A DNA stretch of 63,592 nucleotides, the filler included, from Choristocarpus tenellus KU-1152 (lineage: Eukaryota; Protista; Phaeophyceae): assembly GCA_964200185.2 (NCBI GenBank). It is 9 parts of 9 records of this genome, joined end to end, with 100 filler letters (N's around TTAATTAATTAA, not from the genome) between each part and the next. Parts side by side here need not be neighbours in the genome. Positions count along the whole stretch, not along the records: positions 26,762 to 32,754 come from CAXNAD020009214.1; positions 32,855 to 38,304 come from CAXNAD020010736.1; positions 38,405 to 41,937 come from CAXNAD020019404.1; 6 more parts are not named here. One strand, 5' to 3'. A model generated the notes under the pieces. That model ran no database searches and was not told where the DNA came from. It saw only the letters and a list, made by a program, of their open reading frames with translations. A program made the position numbers and the translations under genes. Positions 27,889-41,205 of the stretch are shown here, piece after piece (positions within the stretch are counted from its first letter, which is position 1; the number at the start of each line of letters is the position of its first letter).

Positions 27889-30800
27889 CTGCAGCCGCTG
27901 GACCTCGTCCCAAAGACTGAACTGCATCCCCTTTTGGGCTTGTAGCCTCAGAAGAATTTGTCGATGGTATGGTTGAATTGTCACTGATGAGAGCGAGATC
28001 ACTTCCTTACCTCCTGAATCAATCGGAGGAAGTGCCATCTCCCTGGTGGAATGTTCAGTCGCTGGATATGTTACGAGCTAGGAGCACAGGCACTTCACTA
28101 CAAGGGACAGGCACAACACACTCTGTATTACATGGGAAAACTTCATGAACCAATAATGGAGACTTCTGGTAAAGTGGTACATAAATTAGAGCTAGGAAGA
28201 CAGATGTGTCAAAAAACGCAAGGCATCTCCCTCCAGCTTGTTTTGATACTCTGGAGCACCTTGAACTGTGCTATTTTCTCCAAAATTGCTGGCACTACTG
28301 CTCTTACACAGGGGGTACATATATTGTAATGTGTCATATTTTGGGGAGACTGAAACGACTAATCCATGTGCTCAAAATGGTGGACAAACAGAAAACTCTT
28401 TCTCCCTTCTAGCTGACAAGTCTGACATCAAACCAACAGCAAGAAGCAAGTGTCATTGAAAACATCCGACCAGTCAATAAATGTTTGGCCAAACACACTG
28501 AGGCCCAATGGAGAGACCACGGGTACCTCCTAAGATCTACCTAAAACGAAACCTCTGTCTGGTGATAGTTTTGATCTCAAGATTCAATCAGCAACAAGAG
28601 GCGTGTGTGCTGCTCCAAAAAAAAACATTACCTTTCCAGCAACTCAGTCGCCTCCAGGAGACGTGATTGACCCTTCATGAGCATGGCGAGGTTGAACAGA
28701 CATAGATCCCTTGATTCTTCTGGGGTTTGAGTGAGTGCTCTAAGGTGCCACCCCCCCGCCTCAGCAAGCTAAGTGCCACAGGAATATGCCCATCATAGCA
28801 TCAAAAGTATGCAGAAAGAGTCCAAAGGGTGGCAAGCAGCAGAGCTGTTAGATCTACAGGACTAAACCTGTTTCAGGATGTTGCCACCTTCCATTCCCCA
28901 GTATCACTTTCAACTGAACTTGTTCAAGCACACTGTCTGAAATGTATAATATCTCTAGAGCTATTTGAAGTAGCACCCCCCTCAAACCCTGAAACCTATT
29001 CTTGTTATACTTAGGGTTACATGGGTTTGTCTCGCCTTGCTACCCCATTAATACTTGCGAGCAAACACGACATGGCTGTATCAACAAATTAATCAAGACC
29101 CAAAGTAACTGTGGGGGGGGCGGGGGCGGGGGGGGCGTTGTACACCAGGGTGTCCATTTGGGCCATGATCAGGAAAAGTATACTTACATTATCCATCCGA
29201 CGTATGCAACCAAATCACACAAAAAATCGCGATATGAAAAATTGACCCCAAATGGACAGCCACCATCCCCCACCCACCCCCAGATACTTTGAGCCTCAAC
29301 CGGAGGAGAAGATGCTGAAAGAGATCTTTTGATCACACAGTGAATACATTTTCCAACCCCAGAGAGGACATACTACAAAACCCAATGGCTTGAATTTTGA
29401 AGAGGTGCACCTTGCCCATCCCCTGAAGTGTGACACCAAGGTTGGTCATGGCAGAAGTATACCCCGGTCTCAACCCAATTGCTCGCTTGAGCACTGCCTC
29501 CGCCTCCTCCAGACGCCAGAGCTTGGAACAAGATTGGTCGGAAGAAGAGCTTAGTCTTAGAAAAGCAGAGATTAAGGCAGGTGACATTGGTAGGGGGTAC
29601 TGTTCGCTATGTGACTGCTAGCATGTCTCCACCAGGGTAGCATCAGTGGTAAGGTGATGGAAACATCTTCTTTCCACGCCATTGGGGTGTTTTGGGTTGC
29701 AAAGCAAACACTTTCCATCTATTGGCTCAGCATGATAAACGGACCATACTAATGGTGTGCAGTATCTGCTCATGCCATGCATGCTACGCCCTCACAATCA
29801 TACCAATGTTATTAATCTTGGTTCGGGTTAGGGCTAGCAGCATTTTGGTGCTTCGAATGAAAAACCTTCACCTTTCAAATAGAGAAATGTGTGTGCTGGA
29901 GAGTACCAAGAGGACTGTTTGCGACTTGTAGGTCATGGTCATGGAGTAGAAGCTAGAGAGTAGAAGTTTTGGAGTAAATAATGCTGAGGTGTTGCTCCCA
30001 AGGCTTTGGGAAGTCGCCTAGCCCTGTTAAACTACAATTGACTGGTGGTACTTTCTAGTTAAGTATAATAGCTCAAGATATTGCTCCAGATGTTTTTTCA
30101 ATTATACTTAGTGACTGCAGCACAAGCTATCATGGGTATATTCCCAAGCATTCCAGTTGAATCCTTCTCAAAAGCGAAATGTGTAGAGCCAATATTGATA
30201 TCCCTCTGCATAGTGACTTGTTTGCCCTCGTGGTACAGTGGCATCTCAATATTTGAGAACATCGGAGCCACGAGTTGTAAGTTTGAATCCCCACTAGCTA
30301 CATTCCTGACTCACTAGGGTGAGAGGGTCAAAATATTTTGGGAGGTGAGAGTCGTGGTCACAGGCCCAAGGGGAAACCCCGAAATATATAATTTTGGTTA
30401 TCTGCTCCAGTGACAGAGGTGCATCTCAACACTTGATAAACGGTGTATGCCCACTCTAACCCTAACCCTAACCCTAACCCTAACCTAAGTATACTGTCCA
30501 ATGTCAATTTATAACAAATGCAGAGTGGTTCCCCACAAAACGCTTCCAAAGTCAGTGCATAGTCAACGCTGGTGAGTATCTTGATAGTGCGAAGGGTGTG
30601 AAGGGTGTGAAGGGTGTGAAGGGTGTGAAGGGTGTGAAGGGTGGTGTTGAGAGATGCCCCTTGGAAAAAAAAGGAAACGAGCTGCATTGCCCTCCTAGGC
30701 TAGTAGTCAAATGGACTCGACTGTTATCACCCTGAGACTGTACTACGTAGTGCCAGAGTGAAAGTATCTTAGAAGATATGGGTTTTGCCGTAGTTAGGGT

Positions 30801-32051
30801 TAGGGTACGAGTTTTTCCCTGTTTATCCATTTGGGACTTGGCTTCCCACGAGTTTTTAATGACATTTTACCTACTCCAAAATGTTTTTGAGTAGATAAAA
30901 TGCATGTTATGAAAAGGTGTGTCCGGAAGAAGGATATTGACATCTCCTAACAAACATGATAGCCAAAGTCACATCAAAATTTCAACATTGGATTGGCCCC
31001 CAAATGGACGCGGCTCTACCCTAACCCTAAGATACTTTGACTCGTCACCTACCCATCATGGTGAAGAGGGGTTGTATACAAAAGGGTAATGCCATCCTTA
31101 ACCTTAGAAAACACAAGTACTCTGTACCAAATAAAAAAAGGTTTTCTGTGCCCTTCCAAATTCATCTTATCCAATCGAGCTACTCTTTCTCCTCTTGTTG
31201 ATTAAGAACCATTGTGGACCATTACTTTCATCCTTCAATGTCTCCAACTCAACCATCAGAGAGCACAGTACAGACTGCTCTATTCCCAATCATACCAGAG
31301 TCAACAGCACAAGAAATTGCAGAGAATATGTTGCTATGAGGTAGAACAAGGACCTTGTGCAATGAGTAGGAAAGACAAAACCTGTTTCCTATTGTTGAAG
31401 TTAATAATACATATATCTATCTATGTGTGAAAGTATCTTGGAGGGTACAAGTTTTACCCTGTTTGTCCATTTGGGGCTTAGCTTCCCATGGGGTTTTTTT
31501 ATGACATTTTCCTACTCTAAAATTTCAGAAGTAGGTAAAATGTATCCATTATGAAAAACCCGTGTCCAGAATATGGATATTGACAATCCCTATCAAATAC
31601 GATAGCCAAAATTACATCAAAATCGTAGCATTGGATCTTGGTCCCCAAATGAACGTGGCTCTACCCTCTAAGATACTTTGGCTCACCTAAGTTATCAATA
31701 GATGTACCAGTCTTACCTGCTGCAATGTGCAACCGAGGTCATTCAACACAGCAGCTATGGCCATGTCATCTGAGCTGTCTCGGCACACCCTCTCACTGCC
31801 ATCCTTGGCATCCCCAGCAGAAAGGGCTCCTTCCATAATACCAAGAACCTTCTCCAAGACCTGTGCAGCCTTTGATAGGTTTCCATCCTTGTGCAAAGCA
31901 CGAAACTCCTCTAGGAGTGCACTCAGACCTTCACTCTCAAGCATTTCCAGACAAGGTTTGCTTGTGCCAGTGTGCCTGTGGGATCCTGTTGAACTTGACC
32001 CCTCTATCCCCTCCTCCTGTTGCATCAACCTGGAGTCTTCACGTGACACTG
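27889..32051 (-). CDS. Tetratricopeptide-repeat protein (partial)
   Basis: Phase-compatible exons about 32051-31717, 29521-29411, 28768-28632, 28042-27889 give AAVLNDLGCTLQQ|LWRLEEAEAVLKRAIGLRPGYTSAMTNLGVTLQGMGK|LAEAGGWHLRAL...LFNLAMLMKGQSRLLEATELLER, a TPR consensus pattern. Confidence 0.85.
29097..29295 (+). mobile_element. MITE family B copy with TCAA TSD
   Basis: TCAA|GACCCAAAGTAACT...CAGATACTTTGAGCC|TCAA. Confidence 0.9.
30456..30488. repeat. Interstitial telomeric repeat (CCCTAA)~5
   Basis: ctaaccctaaccctaaccctaaccctaacctaa inside a TPR-gene intron. Confidence 0.93.
30591..30642. repeat. 9-bp tandem repeat (GAAGGGTGT)~5.7
   Basis: Direct tandem array. Confidence 0.93.
30756..31043 (+). 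mobile_element. MITE family A copy carrying telomeric insertions near both ends
   Basis: Left end partly duplicated with TTAGGGTTAGGG at the junction (30794-30805); right TIR ACCCTAACCCTAAG. Confidence 0.9.
31425..31684 (+). mobile_element. MITE family A copy
   Basis: Full-length match with TIRs; intronic in the TPR gene. Confidence 0.9.
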
Positions 32052-32115
32052 CTATAACCCCGTAGCAGTAAATAATTCATGTGTACACATAAAAGGGGCG
32101 ATGCAGAACAGAAAT

Positions 32116-32318
32116 GGCTCAAAGTATCCGGGAGGGCGGGAGGGCGGGAGGGGGGGAGGGGGGGGTTCTACACCAGAGTGCCCATTTGGGCCCTGACCAG
32201 GAAAAGCGTACTTACATTATCCATCCGATACATGCAACCAAATCACACCTAAATCGCGACATGGGAAAAAATTGCCCCCGAATGGACAGTCACCACTCCC
32301 CCCCAGATAGTTTGGGCC
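32116..32318 (+). mobile_element. MITE family B copy
   Basis: GGCTCAAAGTATCC...CAGATAGTTTGGGCC. Confidence 0.87.
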
Positions 32319-32605
32319 AGGACCTCCAACTGCTGTTCCTTTTCACAAACGTTGTGAAAACAAAATAAATGAAAAAATAAATAACTTGCCCTTGCCTCTG
32401 ACAGGCAATGAGCGTTGACATTAAGATGGGACTCACCTCGGAATTGTTTTAGACTTAGCTATTTTATCTTTTTGGGGGGGTTCTGTTTCAACCCTTTTTG
32501 ACTTCGTAGTACATCCTAAAGACTTCTGCCTGCGCCCATCCCCATTCCTAAAGTACAGCTAGCTCTTCTCACTGGGTTGTGACTGCAGAAGAGGATGTAA
32601 GGATT

Positions 32606-32629
32606 CTAACCCTAACCCTAACCCTAACC
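32606..32629. repeat. Interstitial telomeric repeat (CCCTAA)~4
   Basis: ctaaccctaaccctaaccctaacc. Confidence 0.92.
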
Positions 32630-32754
32630 GCATACCACGAAATGCCTACCCAGAGTGCCAAGAGTACATGCACCTGTAGGCAGTCACACAGACCCACATC
32701 ATTCAACGACAGCTCCTGGGATAAGATGACTTAGTCTCGATTCATCATATGATC

Positions 32755-32854
32755 NNNNNNNNNNNNNNNNNNNNNNNNNNNNNNNNNNNNNNNNNNNNTT
32801 AATTAATTAANNNNNNNNNNNNNNNNNNNNNNNNNNNNNNNNNNNNNNNNNNNN
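32755..32854. other. Artificial contig linker
   Basis: N44-TTAATTAATTAA-N44. Confidence 0.97.
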
Positions 32855-32876
32855 CTTGACTAGCATCAGCAAGAGA

Positions 32877-33059
32877 GGCTCTAAATCCCTGGGGGGTGGG
32901 TTTCGGCTGTCTATTCGAGGCCATTTTTCCATATCGCGATTTTTGGGTGGTTTTGTTGCATGTGCGGGATGGATAATATAAGTGCACTTTTCCTGTTCAG
33001 GGCCCGAATGTACACCCTGGTTGTAGAACCCTCCCCCCCCCTCAGATATGCCTCGAGCC
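32877..33059 (-). mobile_element. MITE family B copy (diverged)
   Basis: Family B core (GGATGGATAATATAAGTGCACTTTTCCTG), degenerate TIRs. Confidence 0.8.
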
Positions 33060-34387
33060 AGAGGCACAGGAGGAGACTGTGTTGTACCTGTCTGTGGAGT
33101 CTGTGCCAAACATTAACCTTTAATGTGTGACCAACAGAGAGAACAATTCTTAACTCACTATGAGGCATGAGAGGTCAGGGCTGTGCCAGACAGCAAGGAA
33201 TCAAAATCACATTATGGGTAAATTATTCCCTCATATGTTCTACAAAAATGCTGGAGTACAGGTAGAATGGAAGGGGGGGGCTGGCGATATTAGTTTCAAA
33301 AATGTACCAATTCGTCATAGAAGTTTAATATCATTTCCCCTTCCTTTTCCTGGGAATTATCTCGATCTCTGGTCATACACACTACATGTTGGATGCACCA
33401 CTCCTCATACCAACTATTAATGCCACTGTTACACTAATCGCTGTACTACAACTTCCTGATTATACTGTCTCTATTCGTGCCTTGGTTCTTGCTCATTGGG
33501 TTCAGTCATCCCATCGCTTGGTGCTCTCCCTTCCTTCTCAACATCTTTTGTTGGAACTACATCATCAGTGTCGGCTGGTAATACAGGCTCCCCACCTTGT
33601 TCTGGGTTCCAGCGTTTTGTTGTGGGGATGGTATAATAGGAACAGATAGGACATAATAGGATGAGCGATAGAATAGACAATTCGTAGTGCTTATCATGTG
33701 GATTTTGGATATAGTGGAGACCACATCCAATGGAAAGAAGTCTGACGTGGATATTGTTCGAATACCCAAAATTAATGCAACCAATAGGGGCCATCATTGT
33801 CTACTCAAAGGATCTTCAAAATATGTGAGGGATCTGTGATAGAAAATCTTCAATGGGCCAGGTTGCGGGCCAACCTCAGAAGGATTTGTGTAATGCTAGG
33901 ATGTGGCCTCCTGATCCCTACAATTCCTCCTTGTTAAAATAAGACAGTCTAACTGGCAGATTGCTACAAGTTGTGATTTCCCCCATATAGAGTTTGTTGG
34001 ACGTCTAAGAAGTGGGTATCATGTACTTCCTGAATGAGGGTTGTAATATTGGAAATGGGCCGCTTCTACAAGAGTATTGGAGAATTTATTGTAAGTATAA
34101 TTAATATACAACGTATAACTCATAATTTATTGTCCCGCCATCCCGAATCCATAGTTCCTTTCCCGTTGCAAATGAGTTTAGCACGGTCTCAATCATATAC
34201 AGTTGCGCGAGCGGATTGACCTCAACCAAGGAACTAGGGGTAAAGGTGCAAGTACCTCTTGAAAACTACAAGGCACCAAGGCCCTCCACAAGAACTTGAG
34301 TGATAGAGGCTGCTTTGGAAGTTGCAACCATTGGGTTGTTGCGCTGAATATCGTCTGACGGTGTAGCTCCTCAACAACGTGGGGCCG

Positions 34388-36681
34388 ATGGCTCCATTGA
34401 CGCTTGCATTAGTGACAACAGTATTGGCACTGATAGCACATTGTGATGCGTTCATACCTCCAAGCTCCGTAACGCATTGGTGTCAAGCACGTTATGGCGC
34501 AAGAACTGGATGGTTAGGGCGGTCTGGTACGGGAGGAGCGGTATTGGCGGAAACATCAGAACCTGAGACGACAGCGTCTGAGGTTATGTCTGAGCGTAGG
34601 GACCCGAAGGAGTGGTTCGATTGGGTCAGAGGACAGGCCCCACCACGCCCTGAAGCACTAGCAGAGCTTTCAAGGTTTGATTCGAAATATCAGTGTTGGA
34701 CTTTTTTGAGATTCCGAATAGCACCCTTGAAATGTCATGCTCATGTAGTTTGTGGATATCCTGAGTGATAAACTGGAAGGGATCGGTTCCTTAGAACTTT
34801 TGAATGACAAGTTTGCTACTGATGATTGAGCCCTTGACGTAGTAAGATAATTTTCTGATGTAAACATTGTTTGAGGGTATGGACGGACTACATCCATTGC
34901 ACTCTAGCCCAGTCGGGCTTGCTCTTTGTGGTTAATGACTTGCTTCCTGTATCGCGTCATGCTAATATTACTTTTTCTTATGGTACTGGATGCAGGACTG
35001 TCCTGTACTCTCTTTGTCGTACTTTGCATGGACATCTCATCGTAATTCTGGCCTGGCTCTATGGAGTATTACATTTCTCGACACATCCTCTCCTGCGCGG
35101 CCCCCTTCGTTATGGAGGCCCTTGGTCTGTATAGACTGCGTTTTGTTGCGAATAATCGTCACAGCAGCACTAGCGCTATTTTCTATCCCTTGTGGCGTGC
35201 CCCTTTTCCCCATGATACTTGGCATGCTCCGACTCGTTCGTTGGAGTTTCCCCAACATCATTCCATTAAAAACTTCAACATCCTTACAACATGACAACTC
35301 GGAACCTACTATTCTATTTCATCCAGCGCGGCGGAGAAGAAGCTGGAAGAAATACCGCTGCCAAACCGCAAGCAAGAGCCTTTTCGATACACAGAGTTAG
35401 AAAAAATGTTCCGGACTAACTTTGTGGCTGGCGGGGCAGGGAGCCTTGCAACAGGAGAAGCTGTGTCAGAGTTTCGCTCTGCCGATAGCGCTGGCCAACA
35501 GTTGGTGTTTGTGAACGGTATCCTCAATAAGGAGCTCAGCGACACATCTGGGCTGGTGGGGATAGAGGGTCTGGTGGCAACACACCTGGGGGGGGTGTCA
35601 GCAGAGCACATGCCACAGGCAAGTAATGTACATCGTAGTCATGTTTTGAATAGGAGAGGTGGAGACTGCCACGTGTCTTAGATCCCCATTATGTTTCCTT
35701 GTAGGGGTTCATGGTAACTCTGCCTTCTTCCCGCCTCCTTCCACCCTCTGAAACACGTGTTTTTGTTCCACTGATAATGTGGTCATTTTTCTTGGATTTG
35801 GTGTTTGAGTCAATAAAGTAGTTATGAGTCTAGTGCAGGCACAAGTCATATTTTTATGTGTGATATTTTTATATGTCTGAGATCTCAAAGATATATACTA
35901 GGTCTCCTTCCAACCTTTTGCCCCACCTGGAACCTATTGTTTGCATTTTTTGCATTTATTATTTATCTGCACAGAATTGCATTTTTGTCGTTTCATCAAT
36001 AAATCAATGCCCTAACAGGTTCAGGAACTCCTGGCACATCTCCCAGAGGTGGATGCAGACCACCGTACTCGACAGGGAGCCCTTCCATTTGCCAGCCTTA
36101 ACCAGGCATGTTTCTCAGACGTTGCAGTGATCATGGTGGAGCCTGGGGTAGAGGTTGAGAAGCCAGTCCAGGTGAGTGAGAAGATTTAGTTAAGGTTGGG
36201 GGGGGGCTAGGTGAATTGCTGCAGTTTCTCAGTTTGTAGCTCCACTCATCTCTTCCGGCTCTTTCAATTATTCCGATTATTGTAAAGGCTACGTAATTTG
36301 CCCCAGTGGCCTTTCTCCAACATCGAAGCTGGGAAGGAGTGTGGGGAATGGATTGAAGACAGATTGAAGATGGCTGCTGTCTTCAATGTGTTTGTTAACC
36401 CTTGCTGAACCCGGACTGTATGTATTTTTCCACATGCCGAAGCTTACAGGGTTGGTCAGGAGGAAGCCTAACCCTAACACGATTGGCACACACGCCCCTG
36501 TCATAACCAGGTCCTATTTGTCTCGGACGGGTCGGTGGGGCCAAGCATTAGCCATCCTCGCCTACTGGTGTCTGCAGGGCAGGGGTCTAAATTGCGGATA
36601 CGTGAGAGCTTCACTGGGTTTGGGGAGTCTCACTTGACGAATGCCTTGGGCAGGGTCATTGTCCACGAAGGGGCAGATGTG
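34388..36681 (+). CDS. SUFD: Plastid-targeted Fe-S cluster assembly protein SufD (5' part)
   Basis: Exons 34388-34674, 35327-35618 (GC donor), 36019-36171, 36511-36681; signal peptide followed by DAF-IPP; LPNRKQEPFRYTEL, LVFVNG, FASLNQACFSDVAVIMVEPGVEVEKPVQVLFVS, SHPRLLVSAG, HLTNALGRVIV are typical of the SufD N-terminus. Confidence 0.85.
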
Positions 36682-38304
36682 GTGAGTATCCGTTTTGAAA
36701 TATACTACTGTGGAGGTTTTGAGGAATGAGGGTATCCTTGTCCTATTCACTGCCGAGAATGTCTAATGTCTCTGCAGTTTCCAATTGGAAGTGTTTTGGT
36801 AATGATTCCTTTTTGGTTTGTTGGTTAGGAGTTTTGGATGATGCAGCAAATAGTGCACTTGTATGATGGCTCCTAGAGTGTCAAGTTTTGATTGAACCAA
36901 ATGACTTTATTGGTAATAGTATCCCCCCCTCCCCCCACTCCCCAGAGCGTTTAGAATAGTGGTGATCATTTTTGGGGAGCTGGGTTAAGCTGAAAGTGGA
37001 GGATATCCAACCGCTGCATTGTCACCGGTGTAGTAATCTTGTAACTACTGTATATTTTTGAAGGGAGACTTGGATGTGCTGGAGGAGCAATAGTATGTTG
37101 CACTTTTTGTTGTTCACCTGGAGGGCTGTAGCAAGAGGTTTTCCACAACCTGCATTTGCTGGCATTGGGGTCATTGTTCTTGTATGCTGATGTCAGTTTC
37201 GATGTTTCTTGGCATGCAGTTCATTCAGGCGGTGAGTACCTGATCAATGGCTTTGCTGAAATATTTTTTCCTAGACAGAGTCAACTAAGTAACTGTAAAA
37301 GCATTGGCGTGTCCTATTTTGCTGCGTTGCAGTGTATTTATTTACTTTTCATTTTGCTCTGACAGTTTCAAAAGTTGTTGCTCTCTCTTTTGTTGTAGTG
37401 GGTAGTGGTGGCGTGTGTTGTTAGGTCTTACATGTTAGCAAGCCCACCACGGCAAAGATTTCAGCTCAATGGTACAGTCAGCACACCTCTAAGGGTGTGG
37501 ATTGTTGATAGTAATAGTTCCAGTGAAAGTGAAGGCCACGCTCGACTAACTTGCTCTGCTGGAACTGTGTGTATGTGTTTTTTTGTTTAATGAATAAAAA
37601 GGTGTATAAATTGAATTAAATAAAAAATGGTGCCTACTGTTAATGTAGAACCATTACCGTATAGGGTTAGGGGTAGCGGTGGTGAAAGTGAGCCTGTGGC
37701 TGATGGAACGTGGAACATTAAATTCATGCATGTACATTTTTTTAATTTGTGGTTTCAAAAATATAGAAAATAAATTTTGGGTGTGGAACTGTCTTCCTTT
37801 GGTCTATTGATTTGTGGTACCTGTGCTCACCCGAAATGATCTCTTGCCTATCTACAGGTATTGCGGATCTCTAGAAACAGGCAAAAGTGTAGAGTTGACT
37901 GTGAATTTGCTCAAATAATAGGTGATAGCTTGCATATGATCGACATTGAGTGGTAGGTGAGAAATGAGGGTCTGATTCTTAGAGCTTCCGAAAGGCAGTG
38001 TTTATATGCTGTGTGATCACCCTGTCATTGTTCAAGGGCATGTGGATACTCCTTCCCTCTGCAAATATGGGCATGTAGCAATGTTGTAGGTGGAAAGCCT
38101 ACTCCTGATGTTGATAACTGTCACTCCTCCTTTGCAGTGTATCATCATGCTGAAGATTGGAATGTAGATGTTTTTGTTTGCTGGGGGGGGGGCGCAACCG
38201 CTGCCGATGGGGGAGGGGCTGGGAGTTTTTTGCCTCAGGGCACTGCATATGCATTGGTTGTTCTCGTACTTTGCATGTACCTCATTTATATATCTGATTC
38301 ATGT

Positions 38305-38404
38305 NNNNNNNNNNNNNNNNNNNNNNNNNNNNNNNNNNNNNNNNNNNNTTAATTAATTAANNNNNNNNNNNNNNNNNNNNNNNNNNNNNNNNNNNNNNNN
38401 NNNN
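38305..38404. other. Artificial contig linker
   Basis: N44-TTAATTAATTAA-N44. Confidence 0.97.
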
Positions 38405-38719
38405 CTTCCTATACTATTCATTCTCTTCTTCTTTCTTTTCTCTCCCCACATTCTTGACCTGTGCCCCCAGCCAACCAGAATTCTCCTGCCCACAAAACTC
38501 AGTTTACTTCATAAACTATCACTTTACGTATGGGTTATTATTCTGCATTCTACTACTTTGACATAACCGTTGACTTACGTATGAGACAAATAATAGTAAA
38601 CAAGCAATAGAAGACACCCCACAAAGGTCACTCTTCTAATTCCATCCATTCTTTCGCGTTCAGCAAAGGGGATCGTGTGAGGCTTCACACCTTCTTGTCT
38701 TCACTACTGATAAATACCA

Positions 38720-39250
38720 TTACCTCCCAAGGTGAATTGCACAGTAGTCATCGTCCAAACAATTTAACATGGCAATTTGAAGCACCTGTTCAGACATCAC
38801 ATGCCCCATCATCGCCATCTGGCCAACCCTGTCCAACATTGTCGTAAATGTGATTTGGGGGTCGGACCCCCGTGGCATTTTCACCGCCATCACCTTCTTA
38901 TGAAGCCTTGCTATTTCCTCGTCTGAATGGATGAGGAAACTTTCCCGTAGCTGTTGCCAAGCTCCTGAGGGTGACGCTGCATTGCAGACAATGCATCTCC
39001 AAAACCCACTGGTACTTCTCAGCAGGACGTCATATGCCCTTTTGGCCTTGATGACCTTTTCTTCATCCACATTCTCCCTCTTGATGAAATCTATGTCACC
39101 CAATCTGACGGGTTCCTCCCTGACCACTAATGCCTCATCTATATCGCCCTTTGCGCCCAAAAACGGGTTATGGCGCACCAATCGGCATAGTTATCATCCG
39201 TTAACTGAAGGAGTTTGGTTTGAAGCCCCATCTGAAGCCATGAGTGATGT
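38720..39250 (-). mobile_element. Ty1/Copia gag fragment (second element)
   Basis: AYDVLL...SPSGAWQQLRESF...DPQITF...QIAMLNCLDDDY matches the Copia gag helical region. Confidence 0.75.
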
Positions 39251-39569
39251 GATGCCCTCAAACCAAACCAGTCCGGTCGCGCCTCCCCTAGCTAGAGTTT
39301 GGATAAGGCCCTTAAGCGTGTTGAAGAGCTTGGCGCATGTAAGGCTCGTCGCCGAAAGCTAGTAGTTGAGTTACATGGTAAAACATACACTGAATATTAA
39401 TTATCCACTGGGCCTTTGTCTTAGCCACCAATTATCTCTGACATATGACCAAAGACTGACCAATCATACCGCTATGCACGTTCCTACTTTGTATTGTGGT
39501 GAACTAAAGATAGACGTACCTGAAACCTATGTTATATACTTGTATCACCACAGACAATGGAAGGATAGC

Positions 39570-41205
39570 ACTAGGCTATTTAACAAACTTCCCTCGAATC
39601 CCCCTCCCTCGTTCGTGGAGATGGTCCCCACCTTGAATCCAGAAGGCATGACAATGTCTGCGATGAAGCTCCTCAAGTGCTTCCGTCATTGTCACACTCT
39701 TCTTGTACAAAGGAACCAAATGAACTTCATTCTTGTGTAATCGTCTCCGAAGATCATAGCGTAGTTGTTTTCACCAAAACTTGGCACCCTCATTGGTCCC
39801 ATGAGGTCAATGTACATGTGCCAAGCCCTTTCCTTTGACCTGGTGTCGGTCGTCTTCGGGACTGTGTGACAGTGAGCCTTCGCCTTGGAGCACCCTATGC
39901 ACGGTCTCCAATCGCCCACCAGTGTGATACCAATCACATTTGCTGTCTCCCAGGTTACTTGTTGTACGTGTGCCCCAATAACCTATGAAGCTCCATGGTG
40001 TTGTGTTGTTGCGAAGAGGTGGTGACCAAAGATGTCGCCTTTTCTGCGCGCCGATACACTTCTGCCACGTACGACTCTGAGCTCAACTCCTTGTCGAAAC
40101 TGCAAGGATCGTTACTGCCCATAACAATAAAGTTGTCTGAGTAGAAGGTAACTGGCTTACCAGTCATATTAGAGACTTGGCTCGCCAAAAGGAGGTTTTG
40201 GCCTAGCTCTGGCGCAAATTCGACATTCTACAGAGCTTCGATTATGATTCCGGCAGGCTGCTTGACTAGAACTCCCAGCCTACCAAATGACTTTAATGTC
40301 GAAGTAGGATATATCCACGGTTTCTACAGATGTTCCTGGGGTTGCGATTGCAATCTCGTAGCCGTTGAAAAACCTTACATCCGAAGTCATGGGCAGTGTG
40401 ACCCCTGAGTCCGTGGGTCACTCTTGCCAGTCACTCGTCGTGACACAGGACCAGCGAGAGATTCCACTTTGACAGCAGCTGTTTCAATGACCTATTACTG
40501 CTTCAATTGACTCAGGTCCAGAGTTTCTCCTCCCATTTTGCTGCCTTTTTGTCCGCAGTAAGGACACTTCCTCATGAAGTGTCGTGGATAATCGCAAATC
40601 TAACATCTACCGTTCTTGTTATTGTTGTACCTTTTTCATCTTGCTTTGTATTGTTGAGGCAGTCCTCAGCTCTATGTCCGTGCTTTCCACGGTGGAAACA
40701 GTTACCATTGAATGTTCCGTGCTTTTGTCCAGAGTTTCTGCTGAACTTCGCCATATCACCCTGCTTCTGGCACACCTGGCACGTTGTTGCCGTTCCCTTG
40801 ATCAACACTGCCAGGAACCTCGCACCTGGCTCGAATCTCTCCGTCTTCAGTAAGTCGTAGCACTGGGAGAGAGAGTGTCAATGATTTCTAGTGTGAGCGG
40901 CCTTTCTCTAACCAACATGCATCGGTCAAACTCGTACGTCATGAGTTAGCCTGCTAATGATGAAGTTATTGACGACTATATTGTCCACTATTGATCCGAT
41001 CTCTGAAGCCCTTTCACTGTTCAGTTGATCCTGAGGGCGAGTTTTTTTGGGGTCTTTGTCATGATCCACCTTCATAGTATTAAGTTCTTGCTGTGAGCGG
41101 CGCAATTCGCTGAATCTGTCTACGCTGTAGTACTTGGCAAAGCTCCCCCTCCACACGCCTCTGGGTGATCCTGACCTCTCCACTGTTAAAGTATTTCCCA
41201 AATCA
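39570..41205 (-). pseudogene. Decayed Ty1/Copia gag-pol (gag, zinc knuckle, protease, integrase)
   Basis: Gag fragment 40926-41201; CFHRGKHGHRAEDC knuckle; DSG-like protease site near 40410; LHRLLGH pre-integrase; CIGCSKAKAH...IDLMGPM...NYAMIFGDDYTR integrase; many stops and frameshifts. Confidence 0.88.
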
